A stretch of 64,000 nt of DNA. It comes from Acidimicrobiia bacterium (GTDB taxonomy: Bacteria > Actinomycetota > Acidimicrobiia > Spongiisociales > ZC4RG35). The translations under genes and the position numbers were made by a program. Positions 10,493 through 21,106 of the stretch are shown here, one piece after another; positions within the stretch are counted from its first letter, which is position 1, and the number at the start of each line of letters is the position of its first letter. The stretch covers positions 99,185 to 163,184 of the forward strand of contig CBDBCY010000002.1 in assembly GCA_965203555.1 (NCBI GenBank), given 5' to 3'. Below the pieces are notes generated by a model. It had not been told where the DNA came from. It saw nothing but the letters and a program-made list of their open reading frames with translations, and did not search any database.

Positions 10493-11236
10493 CTAACCGG
10501 TCTCCTCGACCTCGGGGCCGGGAAGGCCGGCGGTGAAGAAGGCGGCGAGACGAGCCAGTGCGTCCTGCGCAGCCCCTTCGTTGTAGTTGGGGTGGTTTTC
10601 GTTGACGAAGCCGCGCCCCACGCCCTCGTACAGCAACCACTGTCCGTGCGGGTTGCTGCCTTGCGCGGCATCCACCGAAGCCGCAGGGATGGCGTCGTCA
10701 TCGGCGGCGTAGATGCCCAGCACCGGACCGCCGAGACGCTCCAGCTGTCCGGCGACCGGATAGCGGCGATGGTCATCGCCGTCCAGGGGAGCGTACAGCA
10801 CCGCGGCGGGACCCACCCACCTTCGCAAGGCCGCGGCCAACAGGGCCAGTCTGCCTCCGGACTCGATTCCGAGCACTCCCACCGGTTCGGTCAATGCCCA
10901 GTGCAGATCATCGTCGGCCAGGAAGCGTCGAGTCTCGTCGAGTTGCGCCAGCACGTCGATGTCGGTATCCGACGGACCCGTTCCGTTGTGAAAGCGGCCA
11001 TGGCGATCAGACGCCAAATTGAGGGCCAGGACCGCGATTCCCCTCCGGGCCAGGAACCGGGCCACGCTCTTGATGTGGGAGGAAACCGGCCCCGCGTCTC
11101 TGATGATCAGTACCACCGGAAACCGGCCCACGGCATCGGGTCGGGCCAGATAATCGGATCGGTAAGAGCTTGCGGCCGGCGTGGAGTAGGTACCGTACAT
11201 AACCGGGTATGTCCCCTCGTGGGGCAAGACAGCCAA
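10493..11236 (-). CDS. Dienelactone hydrolase family protein (catalytic residues atypical)
   Basis: YLARPD..GRFPVVL, VGVLGIESGG, PVLGIYAADD, YEGVGRGF..YNEGAAQDA. Confidence 0.8.
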   Translation of the reverse strand: MAVLPHEGTYPVMYGTYSTPAASSYRSDYLARPDAVGRFPVVLIIRDAGPVSSHIKSVARFLARRGIAVLALNLASDRHGRFHNGTGPSDTDIDVLAQLDETRRFLADDDLHWALTEPVGVLGIESGGRLALLAAALRRWVGPAAVLYAPLDGDDHRRYPVAGQLERLGGPVLGIYAADDDAIPAASVDAAQGSNPHGQWLLYEGVGRGFVNENHPNYNEGAAQDALARLAAFFTAGLPGPEVEETG

Positions 11237-11360
11237 AGCTATCCCTCCTGGGTTGGCATCAATTCGAAAGGGTAGCGGCCCCGAAGGTCAGCTATTTTCA
11301 CACCATGACGTTGGAAACCCATACTTGTTGTCCCATGGCATCCATCGGCGGAGCGCCGCT

Positions 11361-12269
11361 GTGACCGGTCGGCGGGCGGTGGTGACCGGCGGGGCTGGCT
11401 TTGTCGGATCCCACCTTTGCGAGGCCCTGGCCGACCGGGGATGGGAGGTCGTCTCGCTGGACGACCTCTCCACCGGCCGCGCCTCGAACCTGGAACGGGC
11501 GCGGGCGAAGGGGGTGAGGGCGGAGCAGGTGGATATCACCGACCCCGGGTTGCAGGAGGTGATGGCCGCTGCCGCTCCTCGAGTGGTTTTCCACCTGGCG
11601 GCCGTCTCGTCGGTGCAGCTGTGCGAATCAGCCCCGCACAGGTGCGGGGAAGTGAATGTGGGGGGGACCGCCGGGGTCCTGGAGAGCGCGGTGCGCAGCG
11701 GGGCGGAGAAGGTGGTGAACATCTCCTCTCTGGCCGTGTACGGCGCCTCGCCGGAGTCGGCGGGGTCCTCCTACGGGCTGAGCAAGCTTGCCGCCGAGGA
11801 GCATGTCCGCAGGCGGGCGACTTCGGCGGGGATCGATTGGATCACCCTCCGCCCCGCCAACGTGTACGGACCGCGGCAGCGCGGCGACGGAGAGTCGGCG
11901 GTGGTCGCCACCTGGTTCGGAAGCATGGCCGACGGCGAACCCTTGTTCCTGGACGGCGACGGCCGCCAGACCAGGGACTTTCTCTTCGTCACCGACGCGG
12001 TGGATGCAATCGTGGCCGCGGCCGAGCGAGGCAGTGGTATTGCTCTCGACGTGGGAGGGGGGGTGGAGACTTCTTTGCTCTCTCTCCTCCGCAACATGAG
12101 GGAAACGACCGGCTGGGCCGGCGTCGCCCGGCGGCGCCCGGCCAGACCGGGTGACATCCGCCGTTCGGTGGTGGATCCCCGTCCCGCCCACACCGCCCTG
12201 GGATGGAAAGCCCGAGTCGATCTGGCCACCGGTCTTCGCCGAACCTGGGAGTGGGCAATCGGTTATTAG
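11361..12269 (+). CDS. NAD-dependent epimerase/dehydratase (UDP-glucose 4-epimerase-like); start approximate
   Basis: VTGGAGFVGSH, YGLSK, NVYGPRQ, GDGRQTRDF. Confidence 0.92.
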   Translation: MTGRRAVVTGGAGFVGSHLCEALADRGWEVVSLDDLSTGRASNLERARAKGVRAEQVDITDPGLQEVMAAAAPRVVFHLAAVSSVQLCESAPHRCGEVNVGGTAGVLESAVRSGAEKVVNISSLAVYGASPESAGSSYGLSKLAAEEHVRRRATSAGIDWITLRPANVYGPRQRGDGESAVVATWFGSMADGEPLFLDGDGRQTRDFLFVTDAVDAIVAAAERGSGIALDVGGGVETSLLSLLRNMRETTGWAGVARRRPARPGDIRRSVVDPRPAHTALGWKARVDLATGLRRTWEWAIGY

Positions 12270-13489
12270 GCCTTCGCTCCGCGCCTTCTCGCACCTTCGG
12301 CGCATACCTACCGGATCATCCCATAATCTCCATCCTCTCAAGACAGAAACCTCCGGGAGAACCAAGGGGTTCATGGCTGTTCTATAGGTTGTGTAGTTAT
12401 TGAGTAAAATCACTCAATAAGCGCATCGGATTTCTGTACCCTGGTGAGGAGTGAGCCGATTTTCGCTTCGCTCTCAGGTAGCGGAGCTGCTGATCGAGAC
12501 CTTCTCCCCCGCCGAGCTTTACGCTCCGAGCACTGGCTTACTTCGGGCTAGTCTTCGAAACGATGAGCGGGGGCGCCTTACGAGCGGGTCCGAGAGTTCA
12601 TCTGTGGCGGCCCGCCAGGCCTTGTCCTATGCCGTCATGGACGCCCTCCGGAGCGCTGTACGTGGCGGTGGATGACCTTCCCGAAACGGATGAGAGCTAT
12701 TTCGCGCCCTGGCCAATCCCGTGATGCCATTTCTTGCCGACCCTGTTCAGGCTTCGCATGCACCTTCTGGCAGCCGTGCCCGGAACGCATGCTCTGGCAC
12801 TCGGTGGCCGCCCGTGATGGAACAGGCCTTGACGCTCTACTACTGCTTTCCCCTGGGCCGGTGGGTGGCGAGGAAACCCGTGAGTGCCGTGATATGTGGT
12901 TTCGACAGTCGACCCGGGCCAGCGGTACTCGATACCCTGCTCCGATGCGTGGTGGTCCTGGGTTCCTGCTCAACTTTGTTGAACACCTGCAGGCAGGCTT
13001 GCCAACCAGACCACACCCCCGCCCTCCGGTCGGCGACGGTTCGAGCCGACTCCCCAGGAATTGCACACATTGCCTCGAAATCCGGAGACTCGAACCCGAC
13101 GAAAAGCGCAAAATATCGGGTTCGATTTGTGATCAACGGTACATCAAACTTCGGCGGCTACCTCACGGGGGCTTCGCATCCCGGGCGTACGACCCGCCAA
13201 ACCGGTGAGAATTCCATCAGAATACTGTGATCGTCTGGCTTTGGTGCGAGCCCAGTCATTGTAGCGCCCGACGTGCTGTCGCCCACCACCCCGAGGTGCA
13301 ACGCCAGCTTAAACGTCGCTTCCGCTGGCCGGTGTCCTCGTCAACGGACCCGAACCGCTAGGTCCGTGCTCGACCAGATTTGTTCGCTGTCGGCCCCCAG
13401 CCCGATCCAGTCGCGAGTCACCTCGACAAAGCCGACAGATCCTCCCGCTCTTATTGGGGACTCCATATCTGCTGGTAGGAGTGGCTGTC

Positions 13490-14690
13490 TTCTGCGATTA
13501 TTCGTTGGTTGGTCCCGTCAGCGTCGATCACCCATACGCCTGATGAGCCGGTCCAGTAGGCGATTTTGGTGCTGTCGGGTGACCAGAGCAGATCAGAGAC
13601 AGAGACGTAGTGTTGGGCGGGATGCATTGGGGTGAGTGGTTGTTTGTTGGTCTCCGTCGGCGTCTACCACCCATAACGCATCGCTGGCTTGGTCCAGGCG
13701 ATCTTGGTGCTGTCGGGTGACCACCGCGGAGTGATTAGCGCTTTCGGTGACTTGTTGTTGGTTGGTCCGGGTCGGCGTCAGCGATCCATAACTCGTTCTG
13801 TCCGTAGGCGATCTTGGTGCTGTCGGGTGACCACCACGGGGCGATGTTGTGATGAATGTCGTCGTGGAGTTGTTGTTGGTTGGTGCCGTCTGCGCTCATC
13901 ACCCATAGCGCGCCGCCGGTTTTGTGGTAGGCGATCTTGGTGCTGTCGGGCGACCACCGCAGACTTGTACCGCTGAAGAGTTCGCCGAGTTGTCGTTTGT
14001 TGGTCCCGTCGGCGTCCGCCACCCACATCACCTGCCCCGATGTCCTGTCGCTGCGGCTGGTGTAGGCGATTCTGGTGCCGTCGGAAGACCACCGCGGAGA
14101 ATAGGCGCTCTCGCCCAGTTGCCGTTGGTTGGTCCCGTCGGATTTCAGCGATCCATAACTCGCCGTCGCTGGTGAAATAGGCGACTTTGGCGCTGTCGGG
14201 TGACCACAGCAGTCTGTAACCCTTGTTGCGGTACATGAGTTGTTGTTGGTTGGTCCCCTCGGCGTCCGCCAGTTCCACAAGGAACGGTCGTTGGTCCGAT
14301 AGGCGATTCTGGAGCTGGTTCGGTGACCACACGAAGTGGTACCTGTCGAGGAAGAAGATGGAGTCGATTCGGCCGAGGCGTTGTTGGTTGGTGCCGTCTG
14401 CTCCTATCACCCATAACTCGTCGTCGAAGGTTTTGTAAGCGATCCTGGTGCCGTCGGGAGACCACTTGTGATAAGAGCCGTCTTCGACGAGGCGTTGGTT
14501 GTGGGTGCCGTCCACGTTTGCCACCCACAATCCGTCCCTGGCACCGAAGGCGATTCTGCGTGCCGTTCGGATGACCACCGTAAGTTGGCTCCACTGTCGT
14601 GTAGGGAAGATTGTTGGTACCGTCCGCGTCCGCCACCCACACTCCAGGGTTGGGGGAGACGGCCAGCGGCGATGCGTTGTGTGCGCAGGC
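13490..14690 (-). pseudogene. Degraded TolB-like/PD40 beta-propeller repeat protein
   Basis: About 9 units of WSPDSTKIAY...LWV..ADGTNQQQL spread over several frames. Confidence 0.8.
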
Positions 14691-15129
14691 GTCCTCGTGG
14701 CCGTAGTCATCGACGAGGGATATTCGACACTCCGAGGAGACAGCCCGATCCTGTGACGGACTTGGACACGGGTCAGGGAAGTCCTGCACAGGAGATCAGC
14801 ACCCGATTTCTTCTCAAGGGACGCGTTGGCCGAACCCGAAGCTGTTCCTGCGGCGATCCCGCGGGTGAGGGGTTGTTCCGTATCCCGTCCTATCGGCAGA
14901 CTTGGCCAAGATCCGGTCGGGCCGCGTACCTGGAACACGAGCTTCCGTCCGATCCGCCGGGATGACCCATCGGCCCGTAGAGGACGGCCGTGATGACCAG
15001 TTCCCGGCTGACGGTCGGGTGGTCAACCCCCGAACTCCGTGGCGCTGACCGCCTGGCTGGCTATTCCACGGTCGGCCCGCGCCTGCTAATCGACGCCGAT
15101 CCGAGTAGGTGTGGGCCTGTGACGGAAGG

Positions 15130-15400
15130 ACATCAGCGGTCATGACCAAGACCGTCGCTTCCGCCTGGAACTCCGCTCGACAACTGGCGGGATCATACGC
15201 TCGGCACAGGAATGTGACCATTTCTAGCGGGTATCAGGTCGCGATCCCGAAGCGGACGTCGCCCACGAGTTCCGTTAGCGAAGGGTCGGCGGCCATGGGA
15301 TACCTTCTCGGCAACCCTTCTCCCGGGAATGATCCTCAAAGTCATCGGACCGTCTGCTCGAAAACCGGTGGTGGACACCGCCACGCGGCAAGCGGATGGT
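15130..15400 (-). pseudogene. Degraded SLH-like domain remnant
   Basis: MVTFLCRAY resembles the SLH end motif (TRAEMxxFLxR); upstream frames broken. Confidence 0.35.
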
Positions 15401-15739
15401 CGAAGGCTGGCCGGAATACCGAACACGCCGACCTAACCGATCACGGAATCGCTCATAAGACCCTGGGCCCGAGCCTGCTATGCCATCGGAGGACCTGTTG
15501 GGAAAACAAGGAATGGGTGAGGTCTGGATGCCCTCGAGCCACTTCAAGCATCGCAAGTATCCCCGCCGGGAAGTTGACGGCACAGAGGCCACAGCCAAGT
15601 CTGGAAAATCGAGCCAAGCCGGTCACCGCTCGCCTCGTGCGGGCTCAGATGCTGGCCGACATCGATGGAGATTCGTTCCTCCGAGGAGATCCAGTCCCGT
15701 CCGGTATCATGGAAGTATGGATCGCGGTCAAGGGAAGGA

Positions 15740-18261
15740 ACGTGATCGGGAGTTTCTGGATCGTTCTGGAGCCCGAGCTCTCTCGGGAGAGTCATCCGGC
15801 CAGCAGTTGGCGGAAGGCTGCTTCGCCGCTGCGGATTGAGACCGGAAAACTGAATTATCCGCTTCCTATTCCATCGTGTCCATCTCTCGAGCAGGGCAGT
15901 GAGTTCGCGATAGGGGTATGGCCGCTCGACTCCTTGGCGCCCTAGGAGCCGATCCCGAAGATGCTGACCTCCCGGTCACCGTCTCTACGAGTGACGGCCC
16001 TGGATGACCGGTCATTCCCGGAGGACGGGCGGGCCCGGAAGAACCCCGCTGTGTGATTCAAATACGATAGCCATGGTCTGGCTCGGCCCCGCATTCAAAA
16101 GCGAGATCATCCTCAAGTGGCCTGCTAGAACCCGACAATCCCGACGACTCCGGCCTCCTAGCTTTCTTTCGCAAAGGTTCTGCACTACGGAGGCCATCCC
16201 GCCGATCCTGGGGCTCGGTATGAACAGGCAATCGATCCGGCTATGATACACGCACCTTTCAAGGGCTTCGGTGCTCCGAGACGCTTACCCGCGCTGGAAG
16301 ACTCCCCGAATCAGGCGAGGAAGGACTGACCTCTGTTCAGCTCGTCGCAGCGCTGCCGTTGCATGCGATGACGGCTCGCGAATCAACTCGTAGCGAGTTT
16401 CATCGGCCAGGAGGCTTCTCAGGTCCGTGGTCAGCCCGAGGACATGATTACGAGCGACCAACGGATCGACAACGCTTAGAGCCGCACCTACGGAAGAAAG
16501 TTCAGCTAACGCCACTCGCGGCAGAGCTGGGATGGTCTGCCTTCCTAGTGCACAGGAAGTACAGAGCTGCGGAACGTGACGACCTGTCTCCCCAGCTAGA
16601 TCTCTGCACGAACGCCTGGCACCACCACTGGGATACCTCGGCCTCCCACCAGCCTCAATGCGATCGTTGAGGACGCGGAGAACGTCCCCGTGGGTGAGGA
16701 AGGAGGCGACCTCACAACGCCTATGCTCAACATCGCCCCCGGGGCCCACCGAAGCGCGGACACAGAGGCTGAGACCATTGGGCTACTGGAATCAGAGCCA
16801 AGCCTCGACCGCTCAGGCCGACCCTGGATGACCAGATGCGGGGAACGCTGCTGAGATTCCTTTACGCCCGACCAGGTCCCTCCCGACCGGGTATGGAAGT
16901 ATCCCCTGGCGCCCCGCAACAGAAAAAACCTGTTCGGGAGTTTCTGGATCTTCTGGAACCGTACTCTCCTCGAGAAGTCATCCGGCCAGCAGTTGGCGGA
17001 ACTGCTTGATGCGATGTGCGAAAACGCCGCCGCCATCGTTCTGGATCTCTTGAGGACTCAAGATTCGAGGCCACCTGCCGCCTCGACTCCTTGCCCGCGC
17101 CCTAGAGGCGATAGGAGATGACCTCGAGCACGGACCGTCTCTACAACTGGCTGGTCGCCACCGGTCATTCCCGGATAAGACTGGAGCCCGGAAGAAGCCG
17201 AAGTGTTGATGAAACACGAGCTTGGTTGGAGGCTCGGCCCCACATTCAAAAGGAGATCATCCTCACGTGGCTCGAACCGGACAATCCCGACGACTACTCG
17301 GCCTCCTATCCGCTTTCTTTCGCAAAGGTTCTGCACTACAGCAAGCCTCCCGCCGACCTGGGGCTCTGGTATCTTGAACAGGCAATCGGCCAACCTGGTC
17401 CGGATCACTGGGTTCCTGCACTTACACGGCCCATGAGACCTGCGAGAGGACTTATCACGCGTCGAAATCGGCACATCCGAACTCATCAGTGACATCATCA
17501 GGCAACTGAGCTCAATGGACTGATGCGCGAAACGCCTGCACGAGACATTGCGCGGATCTGGCAGGAAGAACCCCACGACTCGCGCCGTGGCGAGCGTCAG
17601 GTTGCTGTGGGCTTCAGGAAACCCAAAGAAGCTGTGTACCGCGACGCCTCCTATGGACCATCCGGGAGTCGAAGAAGTTCAACGGACTCTCACCAATCGG
17701 GAACCGGCAACCCGAGCCGACCTGGACCGGTCTCCTGTTGCTGCGATCAGTTTGAAGACGATCTCGGAACACATTCGCGGAGACAGCGCCAACTTGTGGC
17801 GTCAATTCTGGAACGAAGACTCCTACGGACGCCCCACCAACAGCAAACCGGAGGACTCATGCCGCGACGCCCTGCTCGAAGCCCTGAAGCAGCGGCTTCC
17901 CTCCAGGATCGATGTATCGCCGGAGGGCCGATATGCCGGAGGAAAGAGATCAGACATCCGGGCGACCTTCAACGGCTTCAACGTGCCGGTCGAGATCAAA
18001 AAGAACTCCCACCGCCATCTGTGGAGCGCCCTTCGCAACCAACTGATCAAGGGATACACTACCGACCCCTCCACCTCCGGATACGGGATATTCCTCGTCC
18101 TGTGGTTCAGCGCCACCCGGACCACACGACCGTTCCCCTCCGGCCCGCCACCAACCACCCCCCAGGAGTTGCGCCAACGCCTCGAAAACCAACTAGAACC
18201 CGACGGAAGGCGCAAGATATCGGTGATCGTGATCGATGTCACCAAACCTGGATCGGTTTGA
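15740..18261 (+). pseudogene. Degraded large defence-type protein with C-terminal PD-(D/E)XK nuclease-like domain (probably NACHT/STAND-associated)
   Basis: C-terminal frame LWRQFWNED..PEDSCRDALL..PEGRYAGGKRSDI..VPVEIKKNSH..LWSALRNQLI..GYGIFLVLWF; upstream fragmented and internally duplicated. Confidence 0.65.
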
Positions 18262-18506
18262 ACCCGGCCACTCCGATCGCCACGTCGGTCAGTCCGCGCC
18301 GGAAGGGGCGTCCGAAGGTGTCGGTGATCACCACGGCCGCGTCCACCCCGAACCGCTGCATCAGCCGGGCGCGGAGCTATCGGCGTGCGGAGCGGTCGGG
18401 CGTTCGGTGGTGGATCCCCGTCCCGCCCACACCGCTCTGGGATGGAAAGCCCGAGAGTCGATCTGGCCACCGGTCTTCACGCCGAACCTGGGAGTGGACA
18501 ATCGGT
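18250..18506 (+). repeat. Chimeric duplication: cofE internal fragment (copy of ~19647-19794) fused to epimerase 3' end (copy of ~12162-12263)
   Basis: Direct near-identical nucleotide matches with small insertions. Confidence 0.92.
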
Positions 18507-19437
18507 GCAATCCAGTGACTGGCTCTGTCACGTAAATCAGCTGTTGCGGGACCGTCGCCTCCGGAATAGGCTTGGCGAGTGCAAATCGATAGCCCACGCG
18601 GACGCCTTCTGTCAGCCAGCCACGCCAAGTCGGCCCGGTGCCTACGGTAACGCAGAAACCCATCGCCAGCCCACGCGGCAACTGAGCTAGGGCAACCATC
18701 GTTAGGGTAGACCACCCCGATTATCGCGAGTGCCGTACAAATGTTTCACAGCACGATCGTTCCGTTTGCATGCTTTGGGCATCGACTGCGGCGTTCTTGG
18801 TCATGATCATAGGATCGTGTCACATTCCCAAGTCGTTACGGAGACTTCCAATAGTTCCGCAGAAGCACGTCAGGAGAGCTATCAACATGCCTGCTGCAAG
18901 TGCCATGGCCTACGCCCGTCGGGAGGTGGGTTATCTATGAAGTAGCGGGGCGTGTTTGGTCTGCCGGTTGGGCCGCCTTCAGCCCGTTGTCAACTCTGGC
19001 GTGACACCCTTGGCCGCCAGTTCGAGGGGGTACTCCTTGATAGCATCCCGCATCGAGGCGTTCACGTCTCGCCAGGCTAAGGACAGAATGTCGTTGTCGC
19101 ACTCATCGCACGTTCGTGTTCTGATCAACTGCAATAGCCACATAACCACTGCCAGAGGCACGCGTGTTGCGCGCATCCCAGCACGAGCTCGACATACGGA
19201 TCCGACTTCTTCCAGCAGCGAGCATCGGCTTATGTTGCCAGCGCCTTTGACGAATACAGAGAGGATGATCCCTTTTCATATCCCCGGTACGAGGCTGTTG
19301 TGCTCGTTACCCGCTTTGAGGCCATGTGCCGTGTCCTTTCTCTCTATGGTTTGGGCGGTTTGATAAGTCTCTGTTTTACTTCGACACCTTACCAGATGTC
19401 AGAAGGAAACCGTCAGAGGAAATGCCGGGCGATGGGA

Positions 19438-20142
19438 TCAGCGGAACAGGTCTTCCGACGCTCCTCGGATCAGGTCGGTGGCGGCGCCTTCTTCTGTTGG
19501 CAGGGACAGGCCGCGGACCACCGCTGCCGGGATGCGTCGGGTCTTTCCCTTTACCAGGTCGGCGGCGGCGGCGATTTCATCGGCCACGGCCACCTCGGTC
19601 ACCTCCAGGGTCCGGTCGTGGTCATCGGTGACTCCTCGCAGATCCCGGATCGGTTTGAATCCGGCCACTCCGATCGCCACGTCGGTCAGTCCGCGCCGGA
19701 ACGGGCGTCCGAAGGTGTCGGTGATCACCACTGCCGCGTCCACCCCGAACCGCTGCATCAGCCGGGCGCGGAGCCGGCGTGCGGAGCGGTCGGGGTCGAG
19801 AGGCAGCAGCACGGCCCGGCAGGGTCCGGCGTTGGAGCGGTCCACTCCGGCGTTGGCGCAGATGAACCCGTGCCGGGTCTCGGTGATCAGCAGGTCTCCC
19901 CTGCGCCGCAGTATGGAGACGGCCTCCGATTCCACCAGGTGACGGTGGCTGTGGGGGCCGTCGTCTTCCAGTTCCACCACTCGTCCCTCTGCCTTGGAGA
20001 CGATCTTGTGGGTGACCACCACCACGTCGCCGTCCTCGAGGCCGACTCCCGATTCGACGAGGGCGTTCCCCACCAGGAGTGCCAGGTCATCCCCGGGGGT
20101 GATCTCCGCCAGCCCGGTAACGGGATGTATGGTGATCGTCAC
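19438..20142 (-). CDS. cofE: Coenzyme F420-0:L-glutamate ligase
   Basis: [56 protein letters not shown]; GTG overlaps cofD stop. Confidence 0.95.
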   Translation of the reverse strand: MTITIHPVTGLAEITPGDDLALLVGNALVESGVGLEDGDVVVVTHKIVSKAEGRVVELEDDGPHSHRHLVESEAVSILRRRGDLLITETRHGFICANAGVDRSNAGPCRAVLLPLDPDRSARRLRARLMQRFGVDAAVVITDTFGRPFRRGLTDVAIGVAGFKPIRDLRGVTDDHDRTLEVTEVAVADEIAAAADLVKGKTRRIPAAVVRGLSLPTEEGAATDLIRGASEDLFR

Positions 20143-21077
20143 AGCAACTCCAGCATCCAGGCGGCGAGCCTGGCGGCGGCGGCGGGTTCCTTGATTCTGG
20201 TGTCCGTCGCCCACGCGGTCACGCCTTGCGTCGCCAGCCGCGCCAGGTCGGCCCGGTCCCCCCGGTCCACCACCAGTCCGGTGAGCAGACCCGAGTAGGC
20301 CGCCGCCACCCCCCGGTTGCCGGGTGGGAGGCCCAGGTCGGCCATCACGTCGGCGGCGGGACCTTTCAGCGCCTTTCCTCCGAACAGGGGACTCACCGCG
20401 ATTACCTGTGCGGCTTCCTCCAGGGCGGGGCGGATGCCGGGCACCGCCAGGATCGGCCAGATGGAAAGAGGCGGATTGGAAGGGGCGATGATCACTGCCC
20501 GAGCGTTTCGGATCGCCTCCACCACTCCCGGGGCGGGAAGGGCCTGCTCGGCGCCGTCGAATCTGATCCGGGCTATCCGGTCGCGGTGTTGCCTGCGAAC
20601 GAAGTAGTCCTGGAAGTCGAGCCACTCCCCCGAGACAGTGCGCAACCTGGTGCGGAGAGGCTGGTCGGTGGCGGGAAGCAGGAGCATGTCGACCTCGAAG
20701 GCGCGGGCTATCCGCTCGGTCACCCAACTGAGGGATCGGCCCTGGCGAAGTTGCATGGTTCTGAACAGGTTGAGGGCCAGGTCCGAGTCGCCCAGCATGA
20801 AGGTGGTGTCGATCGGGAACCTCGACAGAGCGTCCATCACCCCCCAGGTTTCGTCAGCCCTGCCCCATCCTTGAGGTCCCTCCTGTTCGGCGAGGGTGTA
20901 GACCACCGTGTCCAGATCGGGAGACACGAACACTCCGTACACCCAGTCGTCGTCTCCGGTGTTCACCACCACCGTGGTCTTGCATTCCTTCAGACGGTCG
21001 AACCCCCGCGCCAACCTGGCGCCTCCCACTCCTCCGGACAGGAGCACCACGTCGGGTTGATGGTCGAGTGCCTTCAT
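20139..21077 (-). CDS. cofD: 2-phospho-L-lactate transferase
   Basis: LSGGVGGAR, VVNTGDD, SPDLDTVVY, FQDYFV, IIAPSNP, LKGPAA. Confidence 0.95.
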   Translation of the reverse strand: MKALDHQPDVVLLSGGVGGARLARGFDRLKECKTTVVVNTGDDDWVYGVFVSPDLDTVVYTLAEQEGPQGWGRADETWGVMDALSRFPIDTTFMLGDSDLALNLFRTMQLRQGRSLSWVTERIARAFEVDMLLLPATDQPLRTRLRTVSGEWLDFQDYFVRRQHRDRIARIRFDGAEQALPAPGVVEAIRNARAVIIAPSNPPLSIWPILAVPGIRPALEEAAQVIAVSPLFGGKALKGPAADVMADLGLPPGNRGVAAAYSGLLTGLVVDRGDRADLARLATQGVTAWATDTRIKEPAAAARLAAWMLELL

Positions 21078-21106
21078 AAACTGCGTCGTTTCCCTAGCAT
21101 TGTCGG

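Noticed and set aside
12451-13230. Possible gene fragments at the start of the decayed insert
   Set aside because: No motif recognised in any frame.
13555-14470. Regularly spaced ~25-bp repeats (gcgatcttggtgctgtcgggtgacca) resembling a CRISPR array
   Set aside because: Spacing of ~110-140 bp, degenerate units that encode WSPDSTKIA on the minus strand, related spacers and no cas genes.
18540-19400. Possible HNH-like remnant (CDECDNDILS) on the minus strand
   Set aside because: One short motif in broken frames; insufficient support.
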